From: an uncultured delta proteobacterium
GTDB taxonomy: Bacteria > Myxococcota_A > Polyangia > Polyangiales > B10-G4
Reading direction: 5' to 3'
DNA length: 64,000 bases
Assembly: GCA_963727445.1 (NCBI GenBank)
Contig: CAVSGI010000017.1
Coordinates: 158,372 to 222,371 of the forward strand
Both the position numbers and the translations under genes were made by a program. Below are positions 39,972 through 49,698 of this stretch, piece by piece (the stretch's first letter is position 1; every line of letters begins with the position of its first letter). The notes under the pieces were generated by a model. The model was not told the origin of the DNA. It was given only the letters and a program-made list of their open reading frames with translations, and ran no database searches.

Positions 39972-41537
39972 ATGACGAACCAAACGACGAGATATCTGAC
40001 GTACCTCGTGTGCGTATCGATTCTGGCTTCGGTGTCGGCGAGCTGTCGCGAGAACGAGGAGCTGGTCGACCCGGAGGCGATCACCAACGATCGAGAGCAG
40101 CCCGCAGCGGATCAGACCGAGGTCTCCGCACCGCGTCCCATCGGCGACGATGAGCTGGCGGCCGAGATCTCGGAGGACATGTTCTTCGACGATGCGGTGC
40201 CAGCGCATCGAGTCAACGTCATGGTCGAAAACGGCATCGTCACTCTCGAGGGTCGCGTTCGCACCCTGCGGGCAGACGAGCGCGCCGTGCAGATCGCCGA
40301 ATCCATGCGCGGAACCAAGTCGGTCATCGACCGCCTGGAGGTCGAGCCCCCCGCTCGCACCGATCGAGAAGTCCAAACGGACATCGAGGACGCGCTGCGT
40401 GCCGACCCCGTCGCTGACGCCTTCGACATCGGCGTATCCGTCCACGACGGCACGGCCACCCTCTCCGGCGTCGTCGGATTGCACGAGGAACGACTCCTCG
40501 CGCGGCAGGTCGTTGCCGGGGTCCGTGGCGTCCGCTCGGTGGACACGCACGACGTCGTCGTCGACTACCAGGCCGACCGGCCCGACGTGGAGATCGCGCG
40601 AGACATCGAGTCGCGTCTTCGCAACGACCTCTCGGTCGACGACGCGCTGATCGACGTGACGGTGAACGACGGCGACGTGACCCTCGCTGGCACGGTCGGA
40701 TCCGTCGCGGAGATGCGCGAGGCCGAGCGGGATGCGTGGGTGGACGGCACTACCGGCGTCGACACCGACGGTCTGGAGGTCGAGTACTGGGCGCGCGACG
40801 ACCAGCACCGCGAAGGTCTAGCCATCCGCACCGACGACGAGCTCGAGAGCGCTCTCGAGAGTGCTTACCAATACGACCCCCGTCTCACCGAGTTCGACGT
40901 CGACGTGGGGGCCGACTCGGGCCTGGTGACCTTGCGTGGCACCGTCGACAACGCCGCGGCGCGCGAGGCGGCGGCCCAGGACGCACGGAACACGCCCGGT
41001 GTATGGAACGTCCGCAACCTCATCCGCGTCGTGCCGCCCCTCGACATCCAGGACGCCACCATCGCGACGATGGTGAGCAGGGCGCTCGCCCGGAGCCCGT
41101 TCCTCGAGAACGATCAGCTCAGCACGGTGGTCATCGACGGTGACGTGTTCTTGAACGGCTCGGTCGGCTCGGAGCTCGAGCGCGACGAGGCGATCATGAT
41201 CGCGCGCAGCACCACCGGCGTGACCGAAGTCGATGCCGACATCTCCGTGCCCGAGGTGCGCGAGAAGCGCTTCGACGACTGGGAGATCCGGCGCTCGCTC
41301 GAGGCCCACCTCCGCTTCGACCCCTGGATCGACCCCAACATGGTCGCGGTGAGCGTGAAGGACGGCGTGGCCGAGGTCTCGGGACACGTCGGCAGCCTGA
41401 TGGCCTACCGCCACGCCATGGACGACGCCTTCGACGCAGGCGCGCGGGAGGTGAAAGCCGATCTGGTCATCGACGGAGCCCCCGACAGCGTTCAGCCGGC
41501 CGTGGAGGATTCGGCTCCCGAGGCCCAGGCAGGCTGA
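39972..41537 (+). CDS. multi-BON-domain lipoprotein (paralogue of 38225..39772)
   Basis: GGAGG RBS, lipobox SASC, about six BON repeats and shared segments such as SVIDRL.V.P and GLEVE.W. Confidence 0.88.
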   Translation: MTNQTTRYLTYLVCVSILASVSASCRENEELVDPEAITNDREQPAADQTEVSAPRPIGDDELAAEISEDMFFDDAVPAHRVNVMVENGIVTLEGRVRTLRADERAVQIAESMRGTKSVIDRLEVEPPARTDREVQTDIEDALRADPVADAFDIGVSVHDGTATLSGVVGLHEERLLARQVVAGVRGVRSVDTHDVVVDYQADRPDVEIARDIESRLRNDLSVDDALIDVTVNDGDVTLAGTVGSVAEMREAERDAWVDGTTGVDTDGLEVEYWARDDQHREGLAIRTDDELESALESAYQYDPRLTEFDVDVGADSGLVTLRGTVDNAAAREAAAQDARNTPGVWNVRNLIRVVPPLDIQDATIATMVSRALARSPFLENDQLSTVVIDGDVFLNGSVGSELERDEAIMIARSTTGVTEVDADISVPEVREKRFDDWEIRRSLEAHLRFDPWIDPNMVAVSVKDGVAEVSGHVGSLMAYRHAMDDAFDAGAREVKADLVIDGAPDSVQPAVEDSAPEAQAG

Positions 41538-41560
41538 CGCTCTTCGGGTATGGTAGGGGC

Positions 41561-43471
41561 GTGCGCCACAGCGCGACGCCCCTACTTCTCGCACTTCTGC
41601 TCTTCGCCTGCGATCTGCCGCGGGCGCGGCGGCACGAGAACTACGCCCTGCCGCTGCCCGCCGCGCAGGCGTCGCAGCTCAACACCGGCGACGCGGTGGT
41701 CTCCTACCTCCGTCAGCGCGACGCCGACCCCACGCTCTGCGATCCCTTCGCCAACGGCGCTCACGTCGTACTCCAGACCCCGCGCGACCTCGAGGATCTC
41801 GCTGACGGGATTGGCCGGGGCGCGCGGCCGTCCAAATGGGCCGAGTGCGTCCACCGCATGCTCGGCAAGATGCCCGACGAGCTGGCCGCGGTCCTCCTCG
41901 ACCGCATCCTGCACCAATACGTCCTGCGCATCGCCTACCCCGAGCTCGAGCGCGACCCGCCCATCATGCAGCAGCTCGAGATCCTCCGGCGCGTCTACAC
42001 GGACCGCCAGCCCGGCAAGAACGCCAGCGACGCCGGCAGAAACGCGACGCTGACCGCGCTTCGCCAGCTCGACGACGCCACCCTGAGCCCCTTCGGACGC
42101 CAGGCCAGGGACGCGGCCCTCACCGTGCTCTACCTCGAGCGGGGGCTGCTCCCCGACGGACGGCCGGTCACCGTCGAGAGCCTCGACGAGCTCGCGTCGA
42201 TGCAGGCCGAGGAGGAGCTGCGCATCTACGCGCGACGCATTCCGGACGAGAACCTGCGCACCGAGGCGAAGCGGCGACTCGTTCGCGTGCGCATCGCCAT
42301 GTCCTCCTTCGAAGAGCTGAGGAGCAACTCGGAGGCTGTCGAGCAGCGCGTGATGGCCTTGGGCCGCAACCCGGTCTCCCTCACCGAAAACCGTCCCACC
42401 TCCGTGGATTTCGACGCGACCGCCATGCCCGTCCGCGGCATCTCCATCGTGCAAGACGTGGGCTCGCAGACCGCGCGTCTCGCGAGCTGGCGCGAGCAGC
42501 GGAGCAACGTCTCGGTGGTGCCTCCCATCGACCTCCGCCCGGTCCTGTCCTTCACAGTCCCTGGCTTCTCCGCGCCACTGAGGCTCTGCGCGCCCCCCGA
42601 GGAGCTGCGCGTCGACCCCTGCGTCGATCCCAGTCAGCTCTCCATCAGCCTGCCCTTCGCGCGCATCGAGGCAGACGGCCGCTTTCGCCTCGCGGAGCAG
42701 CTCGACATGTCGCAGGTCTTCCACATCGCGCAGACCGGCCCGGGCTTTCGCATCCCGATCGTTCTCGGGGGCGAGCCGCTGGTCGACGCCTTCTGGGACG
42801 TCGACTTCTCGACCACGGGCAACGCGGTCTTCGCGTCCGGCTACGGCAGCCCCGGTCCGGCGGTCTCGGTGGTCGTCGACGCCAGCGACCCGCGCTTCTA
42901 CCACTACGTGATGACCGCCTACGGTCGCGACTACCACGTGGTGATCGAGCCGGGGGAGATGGGCTACTTCGGGGTGGTCGCCGCGGGCGGCAACGGCGAG
43001 CCCGGCGCGCGCGGCCAGGACGGCTACGACGGGCAGAACGGACAGGACGGGCAGAACGCTTCCTGTCCCAACACGCAAGGAACGAACGGCACCAACGGCT
43101 CGGATGGGGGTCCGGGCGGGCCCGGGGGTCCGGGCGGCAACGGCGGTCCGGGCGGCTTCGTCGACGCCAAGCTTCTCTGTCTCGCCGCGCAGTGCGCGGA
43201 GCTCGAGGCGCAGCTCACGCCGACCCTCAGGGCCCCGGGCGGCGCGCCCGGTCGGGGCGGTGCGGGCGGCAACGGCGGCAGCGGCGGCCAGGGCGGCGAC
43301 GGCGGCAATTCCACCACCTGCTACGACCAGAACAACTCGAGCTACACCGTCAACGGCGGGAGCGACGGAGCGAACGGGCACGACGGAGTGGACGGGCCTC
43401 CGGGCCCCGACGGGCTGGCCGGACCGCCCGGGCGCGTGGCGCTGGACGTCCAAGCGGTATCGCCGAGCTGA
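41561..43471 (+). CDS. lipoprotein with C-terminal collagen-like Gly-X-Y region
   Basis: Lipobox LFAC and G-x-x repeats from about 42985 to 43430. Confidence 0.7.
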   Translation: MRHSATPLLLALLLFACDLPRARRHENYALPLPAAQASQLNTGDAVVSYLRQRDADPTLCDPFANGAHVVLQTPRDLEDLADGIGRGARPSKWAECVHRMLGKMPDELAAVLLDRILHQYVLRIAYPELERDPPIMQQLEILRRVYTDRQPGKNASDAGRNATLTALRQLDDATLSPFGRQARDAALTVLYLERGLLPDGRPVTVESLDELASMQAEEELRIYARRIPDENLRTEAKRRLVRVRIAMSSFEELRSNSEAVEQRVMALGRNPVSLTENRPTSVDFDATAMPVRGISIVQDVGSQTARLASWREQRSNVSVVPPIDLRPVLSFTVPGFSAPLRLCAPPEELRVDPCVDPSQLSISLPFARIEADGRFRLAEQLDMSQVFHIAQTGPGFRIPIVLGGEPLVDAFWDVDFSTTGNAVFASGYGSPGPAVSVVVDASDPRFYHYVMTAYGRDYHVVIEPGEMGYFGVVAAGGNGEPGARGQDGYDGQNGQDGQNASCPNTQGTNGTNGSDGGPGGPGGPGGNGGPGGFVDAKLLCLAAQCAELEAQLTPTLRAPGGAPGRGGAGGNGGSGGQGGDGGNSTTCYDQNNSSYTVNGGSDGANGHDGVDGPPGPDGLAGPPGRVALDVQAVSPS

Positions 43472-43498
43472 CGCGTCTGGTAGAAATCGGATCCCCCG

Positions 43499-46400
43499 AT
43501 GGCCCACCTGAAAAAGGTGATGTGTGCGAATCGCGGGGAGATCGCGATTCGTGTCTTCCGCGCAGCAACCGAGCTCGGCCTGCGGACGGTGGCGATCTAC
43601 AGCCACGAGGACCGCGTCCACCTGCACCGCTACAAGGCGGACGAAGCCTATCGGGTGGGCGAAGGGCTGAGCCCCGTCGGCGCGTACCTGTCCATCGATG
43701 AAGTGATCCGGGTCGCGCGCGATGCGGAGGTCGACGCGATCCATCCGGGCTATGGCTTCCTGTCGGAGAACGCCGAGCTGAGCCGCGCCTGCGCCGAGGC
43801 CGGCATCGCCTTCGTCGGGCCGCCGCCCGAGGTGCTCGCAGCGCTCGGCGACAAGACCAGCGCCCGGCGCATCGCCGAGAAGGCGGGCGTGCCGGTGGTG
43901 CCAGGCAGCGAAGGCGCCATCGACGACCTCGACGAGGTCCGCGCCTTCGCCGACCAGGCGGGCTATCCGCTGATCATCAAAGCGGCGATGGGCGGCGGCG
44001 GCCGCGGCATGCGGGTGGTGCGGGAGGCGGCCGATCTACCGGAGGCCTTCGAGCGGGCGCGCTCCGAGGCCGAGTCGGCTTTCGGCGACGGCACGGTCTT
44101 CCTCGAGCGCTTCGTGGAGAACCCGCGTCACGTGGAGGTGCAGATCCTCGCCGACGCCGCGGGCGAGGTGATGCACCTCTTCGAGCGCGACTGCAGCGTG
44201 CAGCGCCGCCATCAGAAGGTCGTGGAGATGGCGCCGGCCTTCTGGCTGGACGCACCGGTTCGCGAGGCGCTCTGGGCAGACGCGCTGAAGATCGCGCGCA
44301 GCGTCGGATACCGAAACGCAGGCACCGCCGAGTTCCTGGTGGACCGCGAGGGGCGCCACTACTTCATCGAGGTCAACCCGCGCATTCAGGTCGAGCACAC
44401 GGTGACCGAGGAGGTCACGCGGCGTCGATCTGGTGCAGTCCCAGCTCCGCATCGCCGGCGGGCGCGACCTTCGCCGACCTCGGCCTGTCGCAGAGCACCG
44501 TGGGCACGCGCGGGGTCGCCGTTCAATGCCGGGTGACCACCGAGGACCCGAAGAACGGCTTCGCGCCCGATCACGGCCGCATCGAGGTCTTCCGCACCGG
44601 CGCGGGGATGGGCATCCGCCTCGACGGGGGGAGCGGCTACGCGGGCGCCCGCATCAGCCCCAGCTACGACACGCCTGCTGGTGAAGGTCACCTCCCACGC
44701 GCTCACCTTCGACGCCGCGGTCGACAAGCTCCACCGCGCGCTCGCCGAGTTCCGGGTGCGCGGCGTCAGCACCAACATCCCCTTCTTGCAGCAACGTGCT
44801 GACCCATCCGCGCTTCACGTCGGGAGACGTCGACACCACCTTCGTCGACGACACACCGGCGCTGGTCCGGTTTCCCGCGCGGCGCAACCGCGCCCAGCGC
44901 CTGCTTGCGCTTTCTCGCCGACGTCGCGGTGAACGGCCCGCGCGTCCCCGGCATGAGCACCACGCCGCCCGCGCGAATCGACCCGGCGACGCCGGCGCTG
45001 CGGCCGGGCCCGCCGCCGCAGGGGTGGCGCGCCATCCTCGAAAAGGAAGGCCCCATCGGCTTCGCACGCGCCGTGCGCTCAGCACGGCGGCCTGCTTGTC
45101 ACGGACACCACGTGGCGCGACGCCCACCAGTCGCTCTTGACGACACGGGTGCGCACCGAGGATCTGTCGGCGATCGCGCCGGCCACGGCGCAGCTCCTGC
45201 CTCAGCTCTTCAGCCTGGAGATGTGGGGCGGAGCGACCTTCGACGTCGCGCTCCGATTCCTGCGCGAGTGCCCGTGGGAGCGACTCGAGCGGCTGCGCGC
45301 GCGCATCCCCAACATCCCGTTTCAGATGCTGCTCCGGGGCGCGAACGCCGTCGGCTACACCAGCTATCCCGACAACGTCGTGCGCGCCTTCGTACGGGAG
45401 GCGAAGACGCGCGGCATCGACGTCTTCCGGATCTTCGATTCGCTGAACTACGTCGAGAACCTCAAGCTCGGCATCGACGCCGTGGGCGAGGCCGGCGGGG
45501 TGATCGAGGCGTCGCGTCTGCTACACCGGCGACGTCAGCGACCCCTCGCGCACCAAGTACTCCCTCGCAGTACTACGTGGACGTGGCCGGTCAGCTCGTC
45601 GAGCGCGGCATCCACATCCTGAACATCAAGGACATGGCGGGCCTGCTCAAGCCCGCGGCGGCGACGATGCTGGTCTCGGCCCTGCGCGAGGCCTTCACCG
45701 AACATGCCCATCCACGTGCACACCCACGACACCGGCGGGCACGGGCGTGGCCTCCATGCTCGCCTGCGGCGGAGGCCGACGCCGACGTGGTGGACCTGGC
45801 GCTGCCGGCCATGGCCGGGCTCACCTCGCAGCCGACGATGGCGGCGGTCGTCGCAGCGCTTCGCGGCACCGCGCCGCGACACCGAGATCGATCCCGAAGC
45901 CATCATGAAGCTCAACGCGTACTGGGAGAGCGCGCGCGGCCTGTACGCGCCCTTCGAGACCGGCCTCACCGGCTACGCGCCGGACCTCTACCAGCACGAG
46001 ATCCCCGGCGGCCAGTACACGAACCTTCAGTTTCAGGCCCGCGCGCTCGGGCTCGCGGGGCGATGGCATGCGATCAAGCGCGCCTACGCGGCCGCCAACC
46101 GGATCCTCGGCGACATCATCAAGGTCACGCCCAGCTCGAAGGTCGTCGGCGACCTCGCGCAGTTCATGGTCCAGAACGATCTGGACGAGGAGGAAGTGCT
46201 CGACCAGGCCGAGACCTTGAGCTTTCCCTCGAGCGTCGTCGACTTCCTCGCCGGCCGCCTCGGCCAGCCGCTCGGCGGGTTTCCCGAGCCCTTTCGCACC
46301 CAGGTGCTGCAGCGGGCGCGAGACCTATCGAAGGAAGACCGGGCGCGTCTCTGCCGGAGCTCGACCTCGACGCGCTCCGCACCGCGCTCGAAGAGGAGCA

Positions 46401-46967
46401 CCACGCCGGGCGGATCGGCGACGTCGACGTGCTGAGCGCGGCGCTCTATCCGGAGGTCTTTCGCGCGACTACCGCGAGCCACCGCGATCGCTTCGGCGAC
46501 GTCGTCGGTCCTGCCGACGCGCGCCTTCCTCGCCCCGCTCGGGATCGGCGAGGAGCTCGCCGTCGACATCGAGCGGGGCAAGACCCTCATCATCGTGCTG
46601 ACGGCGGTCGGCGAGCTCGACGCCACCGGTCACCGCGTCGTGTACTTCGAGCTCAACGGTCAGCCGCGGCAGGTGCGGGTGCGCGACGACGCGGCCACCG
46701 ACGTCATCGCTGCGCAAGGAGCGCGCCACCGAGGAGCCCGGCTCCGTCGGCGCCCCCATGCCCGGCAGCGTGGTCGTCCATCGCAGGTCGCCGCGGGCGA
46801 CGAGGTGAAGCAAGGGCGACGCGCTCGTCGTGCTCAGCGCGATGAAGATGGAGACCGTGGTCGCCTCGCCCGCGCGAGGCACGGTGAAGCGGATCCCGAT
46901 CTCCGTGGGCGACGTCCTCGCGGGGGGCGACCTGCTGGTGGAGATCGAGGTCAGCGCCGAGACGTGA
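43499..46967 (+). pseudogene. pyc: pyruvate carboxylase, broken by many frameshifts (possibly sequencing errors)
   Basis: BC domain [36 protein letters not shown] and RIQVEH; CT domain [34 protein letters not shown] and VTPSSKVVGD; biotin motif AMKME near 46840. These are spread over all three frames. Confidence 0.9.
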
Positions 46968-46971
46968 CGCC

Positions 46972-47655
46972 TCAGTCCTGCTCCTTCTTGCTGGTCAACA
47001 GACCCCAGAGGATCGGCACCCACACCATCCCGAAGGCGAGGCCGATGGCGACGGCCGGCGTCGCGAGCAGCGCGTTGACCGCCCCGAGGCCCGCGGCGAC
47101 CGGTTGGTTGGCGAGCAGCATCACGGCGCCGAAACCGAGACCGGTGCCCACCAGGCTGAGGATGAGAAGCGCGACGATCGCCGGAAGACGCGAGAGCGGC
47201 TTGGCGATGCCGCGGAGCACGGGGATCAGCGCCGACGTGGTGGCGAGGTAGTTGGGGAAGAACATGCCCACGCTCATCACCCCGAACCACATCGCGCGCT
47301 GCCCGAGTGGCCACTCGGCCGGCGGGCTGGGATCGATGGGCCCGATGGAGATGTCCCAGACCTGCAGCACCACCACCCCGAGATAGGTGAAGGCCAGGGT
47401 GAAAGCCACGCGCACCGGCCTCGAGTCGATCTGCATCCACAGGGGTAGCTTCACCTTCGACTCGCCGTAATCGATGCGGCTCTCGAAGTAGCCCGCGACC
47501 AGGAGAATCGGGAAATGGGCGAGGAGGATGGCGCTCGCCACCACGTCGGGCACGAAGCGCGCGACGAAGTCGAAGCGGGTCGCGAGCGCTCCCAGGTGGA
47601 AGATGGCCAGGAGCGAGAAGAAGGGTGCCAGAGACTCGGGGCGATATCGGGTCAT
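46972..47655 (-). CDS. multi-pass membrane protein
   Basis: About six hydrophobic segments. Confidence 0.65.
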   Translation of the reverse strand: MTRYRPESLAPFFSLLAIFHLGALATRFDFVARFVPDVVASAILLAHFPILLVAGYFESRIDYGESKVKLPLWMQIDSRPVRVAFTLAFTYLGVVVLQVWDISIGPIDPSPPAEWPLGQRAMWFGVMSVGMFFPNYLATTSALIPVLRGIAKPLSRLPAIVALLILSLVGTGLGFGAVMLLANQPVAAGLGAVNALLATPAVAIGLAFGMVWVPILWGLLTSKKEQD

Positions 47656-47681
47656 GGGTTGGATGGGATAAGCTCCGCCGC

Positions 47682-48452
47682 ATGAGACTCGACGACAAGA
47701 GGGTATTGGTCACGGGGGCCAGCTCGGGCCTGGGGCGGGCGATCGCCATGCGCTTCGCGCGAGACGGCGCGTCGGTGGCGGTCACCGGACGGCGAGAGGA
47801 TCGGCTCTCCTCCCTCGCGGACATGGTCGGGACCACCGGCGGAATGTGCGTGGCGATCCCTTGCGACCACACGAAGCCCGAGGACAACGAGCGCGCGGTG
47901 GCGCGCGCGGAGTCGGAGCTCGGCGGTCTCGACGTGCTCGTGAACAACGCGGGCGCGATCGGCTACGACGGCGTCCTCGAGCCCGACCGCGAGACCTGGC
48001 GCCGCATGATGGACGTCAACGTCGAGGCGGTCTACGACCTGACCTGCCGCGCCGTGCCCTTCCTCGTCGAGGGCCACAACGCCTCCATCGTCAACATCTC
48101 CTCGGTCGCGGGGCTGCGGCCCTACCCCGGCCTCCTCGGCTACTGCGTGAGCAAGGCCGCCGTCGACATGATGACCAAAGTGATGGCCCTCGAGCTCGCG
48201 CCGAGCGGCGTGCGCGTCAATGCCATCAACCCCGGCGTGGTGGTCACCGAGCTCCACAAGACCAGCGGCATGGGCGAGACCGCATATTCGGACTTCCTCG
48301 AGCGCAGCAAGGAGACCCATCCGCTGGGCCGCGTGGGGACCGCCGACGAGGTCGCTGCGCTCGCGGCATTCCTGGTCAGCGACGAAGCGGGTTTCATCAC
48401 CGGCGGCCTCCACAGTATCGACGGCGGCAGGGCGCTCTCGAGCGCGCGATGA
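47682..48452 (+). CDS. SDR-family oxidoreductase
   Basis: TGASSGLG, NNAG, YCVSK and RVNAINPG. Confidence 0.92.
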   Translation: MRLDDKRVLVTGASSGLGRAIAMRFARDGASVAVTGRREDRLSSLADMVGTTGGMCVAIPCDHTKPEDNERAVARAESELGGLDVLVNNAGAIGYDGVLEPDRETWRRMMDVNVEAVYDLTCRAVPFLVEGHNASIVNISSVAGLRPYPGLLGYCVSKAAVDMMTKVMALELAPSGVRVNAINPGVVVTELHKTSGMGETAYSDFLERSKETHPLGRVGTADEVAALAAFLVSDEAGFITGGLHSIDGGRALSSAR

Positions 48453-48502
48453 CACCTCCGGCGTCGCCTGTTAGGCTGGCGCCCTTCGAAGAGGAGACGA
48501 GC

Positions 48503-48799
48503 ATGGGTAAGAAAAGGGATCGCGTTCTTCGTTTCGCCGTCACCGGCGCTCTCCTCATCGGGGCACCGGCCTGCGGCGGCGCCGAGACCCACTCCAACGA
48601 GCCGGCGCCCGAGCACACCAACGAGCCGGCCAACCCCGACTACGACGAGACCGCGTCCGAGTACGACGACGACGACAACGAGGTCGACGAGGCCGTGGAC
48701 GACGACGACGACAACGCGATCGACGAGGCGGAAGACGCGGACGACTCGATGGACGAGGCCGAGGAACAGCCGCACACCAACGAAGTCGCCCCGGAGTAG
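48503..48799 (+). CDS. small acidic lipoprotein with three H-[ST]-N-E motifs
   Basis: GAGGAG RBS; MGKKRDRVLRFAVTGALLIGAPAC leader; HSNEP, HTNEP and HTNEV motifs; D/E-rich middle. Hidden at the end of ORF 47846..48799. Confidence 0.7.
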   Translation: MGKKRDRVLRFAVTGALLIGAPACGGAETHSNEPAPEHTNEPANPDYDETASEYDDDDNEVDEAVDDDDDNAIDEAEDADDSMDEAEEQPHTNEVAPE

Positions 48800-48816
48800 C
48801 CCTCGCGGGCGCCCCG

Positions 48817-49692
48817 ATGGACCCACTCGTCGGTAGCCGGCCGAAGCTCGGCACGATCCATCGTCGGCAGGTCCATCGCGACGACTGGCCGGACTTCGCC
48901 GCCTTCGACCCCGGGGGCTACGACATCGCGCTGCGTAAGCCCGCGGCGCGACAGTGGATGCGCCGCGCGCGCGAGGAGCTCGGTTCGGTCTACGAGTTCA
49001 CCGCCGTGTCGCACGCGCTCACCGCGTGCCGCGTTCCCCTCGAGCTCCTGGGCGCGCTCTCCCGTTTGATCACCGACGAGGTGCGTCACGCGGAGCTCTG
49101 CGCGCGCATGGGTCACGCCTGCTGGCCCGAGGGTGTCCTCGCCTCGGAAGAGATCTTCGACTTCCCGCCGCCGCGCATGCCCTTCCCCGAGCCGCCGGTG
49201 CTCGATCGCGAGACCGACGACGTGGCGCCGCTCCTCAGGTGGGCGGCGGACGCCATCCTCTGCTCTTGCTGTATCGGTGAGACCCTCTCGCGGCCCCTCT
49301 TCGAGTCGTCGGCCACGGTGTGCACCGATCCGATCTGCGAAGCGGTGCTGAGGCAGATCCTCCGCGACGAGCACCTGCACGCGACCTTCGGTTGGGAGGC
49401 CCTGGAGGAGCTCTGGGCGCGGCTCTCCGAAGAGGATCGACGGTGGCTCGAGGGCCGCCTCGCCAAGCGCCTCGCCGGCTTCGAACGGAGCTGCGCCTCG
49501 GGCATCGACCTCGCGGAGCTCGCCGACACCGAGGTCTCGATCGCGCCGGGCCGCCCCGAGGAGCCCAACCTCGCGATCCTCACCCGTCACCAATACGCGA
49601 TGGTCTTCTACTCGACCCTCGAAACCGAGATCCTGCCGCGCTTCGAAGCGCTCGGCATGGACGCGCGCGCGGCCTGGGCAAAGCGCGCGTAG
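48817..49692 (+). CDS. ferritin-like (diiron) domain protein
   Basis: WMRRAREE, DEVRHAELC, CIGETLS and ILRDEHLH. Confidence 0.8.
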   Translation: MDPLVGSRPKLGTIHRRQVHRDDWPDFAAFDPGGYDIALRKPAARQWMRRAREELGSVYEFTAVSHALTACRVPLELLGALSRLITDEVRHAELCARMGHACWPEGVLASEEIFDFPPPRMPFPEPPVLDRETDDVAPLLRWAADAILCSCCIGETLSRPLFESSATVCTDPICEAVLRQILRDEHLHATFGWEALEELWARLSEEDRRWLEGRLAKRLAGFERSCASGIDLAELADTEVSIAPGRPEEPNLAILTRHQYAMVFYSTLETEILPRFEALGMDARAAWAKRA

Positions 49693-49698
49693 CAGCGC

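Noticed and set aside
35756..40153. 1465-aa plus-strand ORF
   Set aside because: Antisense shadow of four well-supported minus-strand genes; long shadow ORFs are expected at this GC content.
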